Shown here: piece after piece, positions 7,251-15,666 of the stretch
Position numbering within the stretch: the first letter of the stretch is position 1
Layout: every line of letters begins with the position of its first letter
Virus record (IMG/VR): IMGVR_UViG_3300035438_000486
Location: 1-24,949 of that record
Strand: one strand, 5' to 3'
From: a virus
Taxonomy: Duplodnaviria; Caudoviricetes
Length of the DNA stretch: 24,949 nucleotides
The notes under the pieces: generated by a model
Told to the model about the DNA's origin: nothing
What the model saw: the letters and a program-made list of their open reading frames with translations, nothing else
The model's database searches: none
Translations under genes and position numbers: made by a program

Positions 7251-8080
7251 GGCTTCTCCTTGGCCCACTGGGCACAAAAGGCCGACACATCGCAGTACAT
7301 GGTGCATCGCTTCGCTTCGCCCTTCCGCTCAACGATCTCGTAGCCTTCGCCAGCTTCGCCCAAGTCCTCCTCACGATCCGCCACCCGCACGGCCCGCTTC
7401 GCTCCCGGCTTCATCAGCGCAAACTTGGATGAGGACATCCACCGCTCCTCGTCCGTACACTGAATGTCCACGCCATTGCTCGCAGCCCGATGGATCGCCA
7501 CACGCTCCATGACGTACTCCTCGGCCTCCTCAAGCGTCCACAGTGGGACGTGGATAGACTGGATCGCCGCCTGCGGGTAGCCTGGATCGCGCAGTGCCTC
7601 TGACTTGCGCCAGTCGCGGAAGATGCCGATCACCTCCAGCGTGTTGATCGTGTGCCCGTTCTTGTGGGCCAGCCAGCGCAGGACGTTCAACTGGCGCGTC
7701 CACGAGTCGCTGCCGTTCTTCTTGAACACCGTCGTCACCTTGTAGTCCGACAGCTTGTGCATCTCAAGGTGCATGGAGTCCACCTGACCAGAAAGCTGCC
7801 ACCCGCCAACGTCGGCGTACAAACGCTCCTCGACGACCATGCCATGCTGACGCAACCCTGCTCGCTCAAGGATGGTATGCACCGCTTGACCAAGCAACGC
7901 CCAGACACGCTCGGAAACGTCCACCGAGATCGCGTCCTTGTGCTTGGATGACAGCACGCGGATGCGCGGACTGTCGATGAGCTTGGTGACACTGACATCG
8001 CCGCCCCCGATGTAGGGGTCATTCTGCACAGCCGCAACGATCGCGGCTGGCAGGTTGTGCACGTTCGTGATATTCGCCAT
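7247..8080 (-). CDS. PD-(D/E)xK exonuclease, Cas4/RecB-like (277 aa)
   Basis: Start ATG 8080 (TAATG overlap); SVTKLIDSPR, LGQAVHTILE, LSGQVD, LSDYKVT, QLNVL, C-terminal CxxYCxVxxFC cluster. Confidence 0.85.
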   Translation of the reverse strand: MANITNVHNLPAAIVAAVQNDPYIGGGDVSVTKLIDSPRIRVLSSKHKDAISVDVSERVWALLGQAVHTILERAGLRQHGMVVEERLYADVGGWQLSGQVDSMHLEMHKLSDYKVTTVFKKNGSDSWTRQLNVLRWLAHKNGHTINTLEVIGIFRDWRKSEALRDPGYPQAAIQSIHVPLWTLEEAEEYVMERVAIHRAASNGVDIQCTDEERWMSSSKFALMKPGAKRAVRVADREEDLGEAGEGYEIVERKGEAKRCTMYCDVSAFCAQWAKEKP

Positions 8081-8313
8081 TAGCTGATGATCTCCAGCTT
8101 CCGTGGGGTGTCCTGCTCGGCAGCCTTCGCACTGACCGCCGAGAGCATATCCATCGTTTCCTTCGCCATCGCCTCTACCTCGGGGGCACTCAACATAGTG
8201 GCGAACCCTTGGGCCGACTCCTTGTCGTTCTGCATAACGGCCACACCCAAGCCCGCCAACCCCGACAGCACTGCGAACATATGCGGGGACATGGTTACCG
8301 TGATCGGCTGCAT
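8080..8313 (-). CDS. hypothetical protein (77 aa)
   Basis: TAATG coupling at both ends. Confidence 0.75.
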   Translation of the reverse strand: MQPITVTMSPHMFAVLSGLAGLGVAVMQNDKESAQGFATMLSAPEVEAMAKETMDMLSAVSAKAAEQDTPRKLEIIS

Positions 8314-8507
8314 TACTTCGCCTCTGGGGAAACGGCCCCAGCATTCACGAACGCCTCAAGGTCCGCAGGCTTGTAGAACACCATGCGGCCAATCTTGACG
8401 TAGGACGGGCCTTCCTTCTGGCACCGCCACTTGTTCAAGGTCTGGGGCTTCATGCGGAGGTAGGCCGCTGCTTCGTGCGTCGTGAGCAGGTTCTGATTCG
8501 TAGACAT
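8313..8507 (-). CDS. excisionase/AlpA-like winged-helix DNA-binding protein (HTH_17)
   Basis: LLTTHEAAAYLRMKPQTLNKWRCQKEGPSYVKIGRMVFYKPADLEAFV is the typical pattern. Confidence 0.9.
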   Translation of the reverse strand: MSTNQNLLTTHEAAAYLRMKPQTLNKWRCQKEGPSYVKIGRMVFYKPADLEAFVNAGAVSPEAK

Positions 8508-8971
8508 TATCGAGTCGCCTTAATGAAGAGGGTGGCCGCAGCGGCCTGAATGGCCGACGCATCAAACGGCACGCCCGCTTCCTCGCACTTCATGCCCAAC
8601 GTCGCCATCGCAATGCTGACGCACTCGCTGTACAGCACGGCCAACGCGGCGAGATCAACGGGAGCCTTCGGAGCCGCGACCGGAGCCGATGCGGTGGCAA
8701 CCGGCGTCTCTGCTGCGCCTTCGCCGGCGCGGTCCAGATTCGTGAAGGTCTTGCCATCCTTCTTGACCTGCGAGAAGCGGATCGTCATGCCGATCACCGA
8801 CTCCATGTCCAGCGACAACCGCTCCAGCCCACGCTGCGCCGGTGACTCGTTGACGTACACGCTGGTGCCGTCAATGCCCGTGAAGCACACCTGTGGACCG
8901 AAGTTCCCCATGCTCTCGACCGCAGACTCGATCTTCAACACGCACGGGCCATTTGCGAGCTTGTGAATCAT
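8507..8971 (-). CDS. hypothetical protein, possible OB-fold ssDNA-binding protein
   Basis: AAGGAG RBS; beta-rich N-domain (GNFGPQ...IRFSQVKKDGKTFTNL), Ala/Pro linker, helical C-domain; the function is inferred from context only. Confidence 0.7.
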   Translation of the reverse strand: MIHKLANGPCVLKIESAVESMGNFGPQVCFTGIDGTSVYVNESPAQRGLERLSLDMESVIGMTIRFSQVKKDGKTFTNLDRAGEGAAETPVATASAPVAAPKAPVDLAALAVLYSECVSIAMATLGMKCEEAGVPFDASAIQAAAATLFIKATR

Positions 8972-8981
8972 GTGCTGCTCC

Positions 8982-9167
8982 TTAGTTGACGTACTTGATA
9001 ACGGCTACTCCCGACGCATTCGCGCCGGAAAGGTCTTGCACCAGGGTCGCTAGCTCGTCCACGACCTTGCTCTGCTCGTACATCACCAGCAACAGCGCCT
9101 CAAGTTTCTGTTTCATGATGAGGGTTTGCGCTTCTAGCGCGTGAATCCGCTCAGAGTCAGTCATCAT
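8982..9167 (-). CDS. small coiled-coil protein (about 61 aa)
   Basis: MMTDSERIHALEAQTLIMKQKLEALL; the longer ORF-track start would run through the promoter and terminator. Confidence 0.7.
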   Translation of the reverse strand: MMTDSERIHALEAQTLIMKQKLEALLLVMYEQSKVVDELATLVQDLSGANASGVAVIKYVN

Positions 9168-9196
9168 AGTGGCAGGCGGTAAGTATGGCGGGTGAG

Positions 9197-9230
9197 AGTC
9201 AACAGTAACTAGCGTTGACTTGGGGCGCAA
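9197..9230 (-). promoter_or_regulatory. sigma70-type early promoter with overlapping operator-like palindrome
   Basis: TTGCGC (9225-9230)-17 nt-TACTGT (9202-9207); AGTCAAC-N10-GTTGACT at 9197-9220. Confidence 0.7.
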
Positions 9231-9234
9231 GTAG

Positions 9235-9269
9235 CAAAAAGCCACTGAGATCATCCCAGTGGCTTTTTG
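9235..9269. terminator. bidirectional intrinsic terminator
   Basis: CAAAAAGCCACTG-agatcatcc-CAGTGGCTTTTTG, a perfect 13-bp inverted repeat with a T-tract on either strand, just downstream of the glycosyltransferase. Confidence 0.9.
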
Positions 9270-9285
9270 TCATGTTTTGGTAGGG

Positions 9286-10257
9286 CTACGGCATATGTGG
9301 CCCTATTGCCCTCGCAATGCCGTGGTCAATCGTCCTTGCTCTGTAATCGACACCGCTGGCCTTGGCGTAGTCGTCAAGGGACCGAGCGGTCCCAAGCCCG
9401 TACACGCCGCAGGAAGCGTCCTGCTCGCACATCTGGCGCTGACGGATATAGGACCGCTTGTCACGCTCCCACCAGCGAACCGCCCGTGCGGCATCAAGGT
9501 CGTCATCCCAGTGCAGGGGTCGAGTACCCCCAGCGTTGTACAGATGCGCGATCGGCATCCCAACGGGGTGCCAGATGTCCCACCCATGCGTGAAGATGCG
9601 GAGCGCCAAGCTCTGCTCTTCGCCAGCGAAGTACATAAAGGGATCGCACGGGAACGCTTCCACGAAACGACCTGGCGCAATGAGGACCGCCGCCGAGAGG
9701 TGATAGCCACGGATCGGGGCAGCACGTTCCGTGATAAGGCAGCCCTCGTAGGTCAGGACCATGCCTTTGCCGTCCTCGAACGCCGCTTCCTTGTGCGGAG
9801 CGTGGTGGACCACAGAGTCCTCCTGCCACTGCTCAATCACCGGGACATCATCGGTCATGGCAAACGACGGCGGGTAGCTGGACAGCACGACGTTGCTGTT
9901 CGTTGCCATGCGGTCAAACAACGACCACTCAACCCAGTTATCCCATCCCTGCTTGAATGCCATGTGAGCATCAAACTGGACGTAAATTTCTTCGCCTTCC
10001 CAAAGCGATTGAGCAACGTTGCGTGCCCAGCATACGCCTCGGGCAGAGGCCGCATCTACCGCGCAATAGGTGATTGACGCGGACAATGCCGTGTCCAGCG
10101 CCGGCCACGCCTTCTGTGGGTCGCACTGGTCAACGATCCCGAACCGTACCCGTTCTGGGTGCGCCGCCATGTGGAAAGCGTGCAGGACGGTCTGGACTAG
10201 CATCGCATCGCGGTACGAAGCAATGGCAACAAAAATGCGCGGGCGGCGGGTTGGCAT
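9286..10257 (-). CDS. GlcNAc-transferase of the Skp1-hydroxyproline/polypeptide alpha-GlcNAc-T family (CAZy GT60, Pfam GlcNAc-like)
   Basis: IFVAIASYRD, RGVCWAR, QFDAHMAF (DxH), FAGEEQ...FTHGWD, YGLGTARSLDDY; AAGGAG RBS. Confidence 0.9.
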   Translation of the reverse strand: MPTRRPRIFVAIASYRDAMLVQTVLHAFHMAAHPERVRFGIVDQCDPQKAWPALDTALSASITYCAVDAASARGVCWARNVAQSLWEGEEIYVQFDAHMAFKQGWDNWVEWSLFDRMATNSNVVLSSYPPSFAMTDDVPVIEQWQEDSVVHHAPHKEAAFEDGKGMVLTYEGCLITERAAPIRGYHLSAAVLIAPGRFVEAFPCDPFMYFAGEEQSLALRIFTHGWDIWHPVGMPIAHLYNAGGTRPLHWDDDLDAARAVRWWERDKRSYIRQRQMCEQDASCGVYGLGTARSLDDYAKASGVDYRARTIDHGIARAIGPHMP

Positions 10258-10281
10258 ACGGCTCCTTATGCGGGGAACCGT

Positions 10282-10310
10282 AGACTACGCAACCTTGCCG
10301 CCGCCGTCAA
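10282..10310 (-). promoter_or_regulatory. sigma70-type promoter of the glycosyltransferase
   Basis: TTGACG-17 nt-TAGTCT in the 64-bp gap after the endolysin. Confidence 0.7.
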
Positions 10311-10321
10311 CGCATGGGAAT

Positions 10322-10837
10322 TTACAGCGCGCTTACTGCGTGCCAGACGGCGACCAGCCCGCCGCTTTTGTTGAGTTCAATCGCCTTGCTGGAAGGGCTT
10401 CTTCGCATGGCTCCCCACTGGATGTGCGGGCGGTCCATGAACGTTTCGTCGCTGATCGACCAGTCGCCATTCCAGTCGCCACCCCACACCAGCCCGTGCC
10501 GCCGAGCACTGCACCCCAGCACGTGCCAGAAGTCTGGCGCAGCAGACCACTTCCTTCGCATACAGATGATGTCCACGGCCAAGCCGTAGCCGTGCCAGGT
10601 GTCATGCGCGGTGGCGCTCTGGGTGACCATCCCACGGCCATCGTCGTAGTCCCGCCCAAAGCCGTACAGGAACGTCTGCCGTTCGTTGGTGCGGAGGGTC
10701 TCAAAGACCTGCGGGGTGTATCCCCACGCCTTCATGTCTGCAATGACCCGGTTGACGGCGTCCTTGAATCGAGGAGCCAGCGCGAGGATATCCGACTGCA
10801 CCGGCACTTCGGCAGGAGGAAAGGGGAGTTTACTCAC
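10322..10837 (-). CDS. endolysin, peptidase M15C (L-Ala-D-Glu endopeptidase-like), 171 aa
   Basis: Start GTG 10837 (GTGA overlap); ETLRTNERQTFLY, WHGYGLAVD, WGGDW, DRPHIQ Zn-peptidase motifs. Confidence 0.92.
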   Translation of the reverse strand: MSKLPFPPAEVPVQSDILALAPRFKDAVNRVIADMKAWGYTPQVFETLRTNERQTFLYGFGRDYDDGRGMVTQSATAHDTWHGYGLAVDIICMRRKWSAAPDFWHVLGCSARRHGLVWGGDWNGDWSISDETFMDRPHIQWGAMRRSPSSKAIELNKSGGLVAVWHAVSAL

Positions 10838-11103
10838 CGCTCGATCCTCCCTTCCATCTTGGACACGCGGTCGCTGATCTCGCGGCTGAGATTGTAGATG
10901 TCGCGGATGTCCTCTCTCATGCCCTTTACGTCCCGCTCGACGACCTTCACCGTGACCCGCATCATCCCCCACGACACGGCGATGCCAATGATGCCTGACA
11001 CGATAGGCATGGTCATGCTGCCTGCTGGGCTGGTCTGAGCAAAGGCCGTCCCAGCGGCAGATGCGGCACCGATCAGCAGTGCGGTACTGGTTTCAGCGGT
11101 CAT
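10834..11103 (-). CDS. holin-like membrane protein (89 aa)
   Basis: Two hydrophobic segments then a charged coiled coil; directly coupled to the endolysin. Confidence 0.65.
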   Translation of the reverse strand: MTAETSTALLIGAASAAGTAFAQTSPAGSMTMPIVSGIIGIAVSWGMMRVTVKVVERDVKGMREDIRDIYNLSREISDRVSKMEGRIER

Positions 11104-11104
11104 G

Positions 11105-12493
11105 TTATTTCTTCCCGCGAGACGCGCCAAAGCCCGTTCCAGTACGCTGCATCATCGTCTGGGCGAATGAAGGGGAACCACCAAGCTGGGCTACGGTCGA
11201 TGCAATATCGCCAACACCCTTTGTCGCCGTCAGCAATGACTTCAGCACCCCACCGCCCATCTCTGAGCGACCTTCGCGGATGGAGGAGATCAATGCCTGT
11301 GCTGCCGCTTGTCGCGCTTCAGGAGATGTGAACTGACCAGACATCTTTTGTATCAGCATTTCAGGGGACACCTTGAGTGGGTTGCCAGCCCCAGTACGCA
11401 GGTACTTCCCAGTCGCTGCCCCAGCTTCAGCCCCCTTCAGCTTTGACCCAGCCTTTGCATAGGCTTGAATGCCAGGAGACAGTGGGTACTTCTTCACAAC
11501 ACCGTTTGGCAGTGTGACCGACGACGCATTGTCGATCTCTTTCAGGAACGGCTTGAGAATTTGATCTCGGAAGACAGGCGTTGCTTCGCTAGTCATTTTG
11601 CTGTATGCCTCAGCCAAGACACTGGGGTCTGTTGCCGGAAGCCCCAAGGCTTCAGCCGTTTCATTGACGGCATCACGCAGCACCTTGGACCGAGAGTACA
11701 GATTGGCAAGCCCTGTGGAAAGCGTCACTGTGGCATTCTCTCGATATGCGTTGATCTGCTTGCCAGCTTCAGCCATCTCGTTTTTGGCTTGTGCGCCAAG
11801 AGATCCAAGTGTCGGGCCAAGCTTCCCTGCCGCATAGGTGCCAACCACTTCACCAGCCTTGCCAAAAGCCAGTCCTTTCCCAACGCGCTCTAAGGCGTTC
11901 TGTGCGGGATTAGTCGTTGAATCGGCAGAGACTGCACCGCGTGCCCCTTCAATAGCCGCAATTTCTGCGGCTGTCTTTGCGGAAGACGGCAACAGCTTCC
12001 CAAGCAATGGGACTTTCTGCGCCATCTTATAGGCGGCACCAGTCGCTTCTGCGGCTCTGGCAACCTTGGGTATTCCTGCCATCGCACCACCCATCGCACC
12101 ACCCATCACTCGACCAAGGGGGGCAACATACGGCAACACATCGCCAACAGTCGAGGCAACGCGAGACGCGCCTGGCTGTCTGCTCTTGTACTCCGCAATG
12201 TACGACGCCAGCTTTTCTGCTTCCGCCTTCCCGTCGCCACCAAACATCCCACTCAGTGCGCCAACGGCTTTGGGATATGTCCCGCCCATCAGCGCATCTG
12301 CCGCCACCCGCGTCATGCCAGTGACATTGCCCATTAGCGTCATGGGCTGTTCCTTCGCTTCGGATACTGGCTGTTTGGTTTGCGCTAAAGCCGTTTGCTG
12401 TGCGTCATGTGCCGCTTTGTCTTTTTGATACTGCTCATACAACGCCTTGTCCTTTTCGTATTGCTTCCTCAGTAAATCATCCTGTTCTGACAT
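11105..12493 (-). CDS. putative internal virion / DNA ejection protein (462 aa)
   Basis: Large Ala/Gly-rich helical protein at the end of a podovirus-like structural operon. Confidence 0.7.
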   Translation of the reverse strand: MSEQDDLLRKQYEKDKALYEQYQKDKAAHDAQQTALAQTKQPVSEAKEQPMTLMGNVTGMTRVAADALMGGTYPKAVGALSGMFGGDGKAEAEKLASYIAEYKSRQPGASRVASTVGDVLPYVAPLGRVMGGAMGGAMAGIPKVARAAEATGAAYKMAQKVPLLGKLLPSSAKTAAEIAAIEGARGAVSADSTTNPAQNALERVGKGLAFGKAGEVVGTYAAGKLGPTLGSLGAQAKNEMAEAGKQINAYRENATVTLSTGLANLYSRSKVLRDAVNETAEALGLPATDPSVLAEAYSKMTSEATPVFRDQILKPFLKEIDNASSVTLPNGVVKKYPLSPGIQAYAKAGSKLKGAEAGAATGKYLRTGAGNPLKVSPEMLIQKMSGQFTSPEARQAAAQALISSIREGRSEMGGGVLKSLLTATKGVGDIASTVAQLGGSPSFAQTMMQRTGTGFGASRGKK

Positions 12494-13932
12494 TACTGGC
12501 CTCTGGATTTTTTGTATTCGTCAAATGACATATATGACGAAGATGCCGAGGGGGAAGGCTTTACAGATGGCAACAGTGTCTTCGTTGCATCAGACGGTTG
12601 TGTCGCAGGAGATGGGGTTAACTGTTTTCTTTGTTCTGCTGCTCGTTGCAGTTTTACATCAATGCCAGAAGCAGCCAATGCGTCTTGCAAAGACTCGTTA
12701 ATGGTCTTTCGCATGATTCTTGCCCGCGCAATGTCCGCAGGGTCTCCACCGCCCCATGCTGAACTCACAAGCTGCTGCTCTGCTTGTTGCAGCAAGTTGC
12801 TACCACCACGCGCTGCCACCATGCGGATCGCTGTAGAGTGCTGTTTAGCAAAAGACATGTAATCCTGAAGTTCTTGCATAGTCTTCGCATCCACAGATGC
12901 TGGATTGTACGAACTCCCCCATACAGCAGCTAATGCTTTGTTCAGACTAAGACCTTTCCCTTCCATGAGTTCTTGGACTGCGCCAACATCCATCGCCCCA
13001 ATCTGTGGCTTTTTCTTTAGCCATTTTTCTTCGATAGCAGACATATTTGTTTCAGCAGTCGTAGCCGCAGCTATACCTTCTGAAAGCCTTGCCAGTTCAG
13101 GACCACTAAGAGGCTTTTGCGTATCAGATTTATCCAGCATGGCTTTGATCTGTGCGTTCTTTAATCGCACATCAAGCGCATCAAGCCTTTGCTGACGCTT
13201 GTTCGCTGCAATCTGTGATGGCGTAAGAATCTCAAGGCCAATGTCTTCTGGATTAATCCCAGAAGCGAGTGCATCAACCTGCTGTGTCGTTGCCTTTGGA
13301 TATGCGCCAGCATACACGCTTTTCATGCGTGTCCGTTCTATGTCTGCGGTGCTTGTGTCAAACGACCGTTCAAACTCTTTATCTGCTCGTTTCTCATCAA
13401 GCCTCCTTTTTGCTATCTGCTGTTGCGATTCAGGCGCATTAAACCGCATCGCGCCCATGCCTCCCGGCAGATCAACAGACGCCGCAATCGCTTCCTGTGC
13501 TGGGCGAGTAGACGCAGCGCGTTCAAACATCCCCGTCATGGGCGTAGCCTTGCTGTCCAACGCCAGCGGCTCTGCGCCGAAGCCGGGGCGCGACATGGAC
13601 GGCTGGGTGGTGTCCACGCCCATCCCACGGCTCAGCGCAGCCGACAGCGCCCCTCCCGCCCGTGCGCCTGACGACGGGGCGGCTGACGGCATCTCCAGCG
13701 GCGGCAAGACAGATCGTGCCGCAGGGTCTTCTGTGGTGTATGCCTCTGGCGCAATGCGGAAATTTGACTGCATCAAGAACCGCGCTCGGTCCATTGCGTC
13801 GATGCCCTGCTGCCGTATCAGCGCATCGTTCAGCCGCTTCTTCTCATCTTCGGCGGCCCGCTGCTGGGATAGACCTTCTAGCCCACCAACGGCACCGCCG
13901 AGGACGTAATCAAGTATCCCTCGGCGAGCCAT
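12493..13932 (-). CDS. putative internal virion / DNA ejection protein (479 aa)
   Basis: GGAVGGLEG amphipathic N-terminus, coiled-coil segments, AAGGAG RBS, position in the operon. Confidence 0.7.
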   Translation of the reverse strand: MARRGILDYVLGGAVGGLEGLSQQRAAEDEKKRLNDALIRQQGIDAMDRARFLMQSNFRIAPEAYTTEDPAARSVLPPLEMPSAAPSSGARAGGALSAALSRGMGVDTTQPSMSRPGFGAEPLALDSKATPMTGMFERAASTRPAQEAIAASVDLPGGMGAMRFNAPESQQQIAKRRLDEKRADKEFERSFDTSTADIERTRMKSVYAGAYPKATTQQVDALASGINPEDIGLEILTPSQIAANKRQQRLDALDVRLKNAQIKAMLDKSDTQKPLSGPELARLSEGIAAATTAETNMSAIEEKWLKKKPQIGAMDVGAVQELMEGKGLSLNKALAAVWGSSYNPASVDAKTMQELQDYMSFAKQHSTAIRMVAARGGSNLLQQAEQQLVSSAWGGGDPADIARARIMRKTINESLQDALAASGIDVKLQRAAEQRKQLTPSPATQPSDATKTLLPSVKPSPSASSSYMSFDEYKKSRGQ

Positions 13933-13944
13933 GTGGTTCTCTCC

Positions 13945-15666
13945 TTATTTCTTCGTGGGAGCCTTGTACCCAAGACGGCGCAGCGCGTCTGGGTCCATGC
14001 CAGACTGTCTTACCAGCATATCCCAATCTTCCGCGTCAACCGCTCCACTGCCGATTTTCTCCGCAAGACCCTGCAAGAAGTTGCCTTGGTTAATCGACAG
14101 CGTGCCACTGGCAATCAACTCGCTTGCCTTGTTTGAGCGGGCTGCCTCGTCCGCTTCCCTGTTCCGAAGATCAAGCTGGGCATCGTCGTACGCCTTCTTG
14201 TCGTCGATCTCAATGCCGCGCAACCGTGCGTCGGCCTTGATCTGCTCGGCCTTGACCTGAATCTCGTACAAGCTAAGGCCGGACTCAATGGCAAGACGGT
14301 TCTGCTCTTGCGTCATGTTGGCCCGAGCAATGTTCTCACGCGACGAAATCTCGGCGTAGCCTTGTCGCAACTGTCCGTTCTGGTACTGTGCTGTCGCCTC
14401 ATCTCGGGCCTGCTGCAAGTTTAGAGAGCGGCCTTGGATTGCGGCTTCCTGCTGAAGCTCGGCAGCCCTGAACTCAATATCGGCCTGCGCTTGCTGTGCT
14501 TGCGTGTTCGCCTGGAACGTCCCTAAGTCCTGTGTCCCGGCCAACCCAGCCAAGTCGGACATGGTGGTCAAGTACAACTGACGGTTCTTCGCTTCTGCGT
14601 CAGCCTGCTGCTGCATCAGCTCTGCTTCAAACGATGCAATGGCTCGCGCCTGCTGACCCGCTAGGTCACCGTATCTGCCGCCACCGATAGACGAGGCGCT
14701 CAAGCCGCGTGCGGCCAGTTCCTCTTCCAGCTTTGACCGCTCTGCCCCATACTGCGCGGACAAGTCAGCGGACTTTGCGGCTCTCGCCGCTTCGTACGCT
14801 TGATTCTGAATCTCAGCCGGACCCTTGGCAATCACACCAAGCTGCTCCTCAAGCATCTTCCGAAGCGCCATCGCCTGCTCGCTGCCCATGTACTTCTCAA
14901 AGTCTGGGATCGACTTCCGAAGTTCGTCAATGTTCGGCAACCCAGACAGCGGCGGCGGGGCCTTGTACGTAACGCTATCGCCCGTAGGGATTGCCGTTCC
15001 CGGCAACGTGACCGCCTTCGTCACCGCAACCGTAAGCGTCGGGATGTTTACCGTCGTATCCGTAGGCTTCCGTGTGGTGACCGGAGGGCGTGTCGTAGCG
15101 ACAACCGTTGGCGTGGTCGTAGGAGGAAGCGTCTGAATAGGATTGGTAACGCGAGGCGTTCCCGTTCCTGTCGGAGTAGGGGTTGGTATTGGAGTCACAA
15201 CTGGGCGAGAAACCTTATCGTCCGTTCCTTTGTCCCAATCTCCGTCGCTTTTAAGCGGGGCCACCTGCGCTTGCACTTTATCCAAGAACGACGCCCCTGT
15301 TGGGGGAGCCGCGCCTTGAGGCGGCGTTTCGCCACCTTGATACGAGAACGACGACGGCGCACCGCTAAAGTCGATGCCGCCAAGAGCGTTTGGCGCAACG
15401 TTCTCTGCGGGAATGTTCAACTGCTGCGCGAGTCTTTGCGCGAGCGTTGGCTCGCCAAGGACAGGCGCGGTCGTCACAGGCGCAGGGCGAGCAATCCCCT
15501 GCTTCTGCATATCCGCAAAGTTCTGCGTGCCACCCATAATCGGGGCTGATTTTGGCTTTGCTCCAGCAGCCTTCGGGCCCCCAAGGGCGGCACTGGCCCC
15601 CTTGTTCCCGTATAGCTGCTGCTCTGGGCTCGGCAGTGAACCGAAGGCGGTGTTAAAGGTTGCCAT
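13945..15666 (-). CDS. putative internal virion / ejection protein with Pro/Thr-rich tract (573 aa)
   Basis: EELAARGLSASSIGG motif and long Gln/Ala coiled coil typical of ejection proteins; disordered N-half. Confidence 0.7.
   Translation of the reverse strand: MATFNTAFGSLPSPEQQLYGNKGASAALGGPKAAGAKPKSAPIMGGTQNFADMQKQGIARPAPVTTAPVLGEPTLAQRLAQQLNIPAENVAPNALGGIDFSGAPSSFSYQGGETPPQGAAPPTGASFLDKVQAQVAPLKSDGDWDKGTDDKVSRPVVTPIPTPTPTGTGTPRVTNPIQTLPPTTTPTVVATTRPPVTTRKPTDTTVNIPTLTVAVTKAVTLPGTAIPTGDSVTYKAPPPLSGLPNIDELRKSIPDFEKYMGSEQAMALRKMLEEQLGVIAKGPAEIQNQAYEAARAAKSADLSAQYGAERSKLEEELAARGLSASSIGGGRYGDLAGQQARAIASFEAELMQQQADAEAKNRQLYLTTMSDLAGLAGTQDLGTFQANTQAQQAQADIEFRAAELQQEAAIQGRSLNLQQARDEATAQYQNGQLRQGYAEISSRENIARANMTQEQNRLAIESGLSLYEIQVKAEQIKADARLRGIEIDDKKAYDDAQLDLRNREADEAARSNKASELIASGTLSINQGNFLQGLAEKIGSGAVDAEDWDMLVRQSGMDPDALRRLGYKAPTKK

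Noticed and set aside
7247-8080. Cas4-like gene as a sign of CRISPR-Cas
   Set aside because: No repeat-spacer array or other cas genes are visible; stand-alone Cas4-like nucleases are common in phage replication modules.
8313-8507. Excisionase as proof of an integrated prophage
   Set aside because: No integrase, att site or host gene is in the window; this fold is also used by ordinary regulators.
12079-12107. 12-bp tandem repeat CCATCGCACCAC (about 2.4 copies)
   Set aside because: It simply encodes MGGAMGGAM; an in-frame micro-duplication with no further signal.
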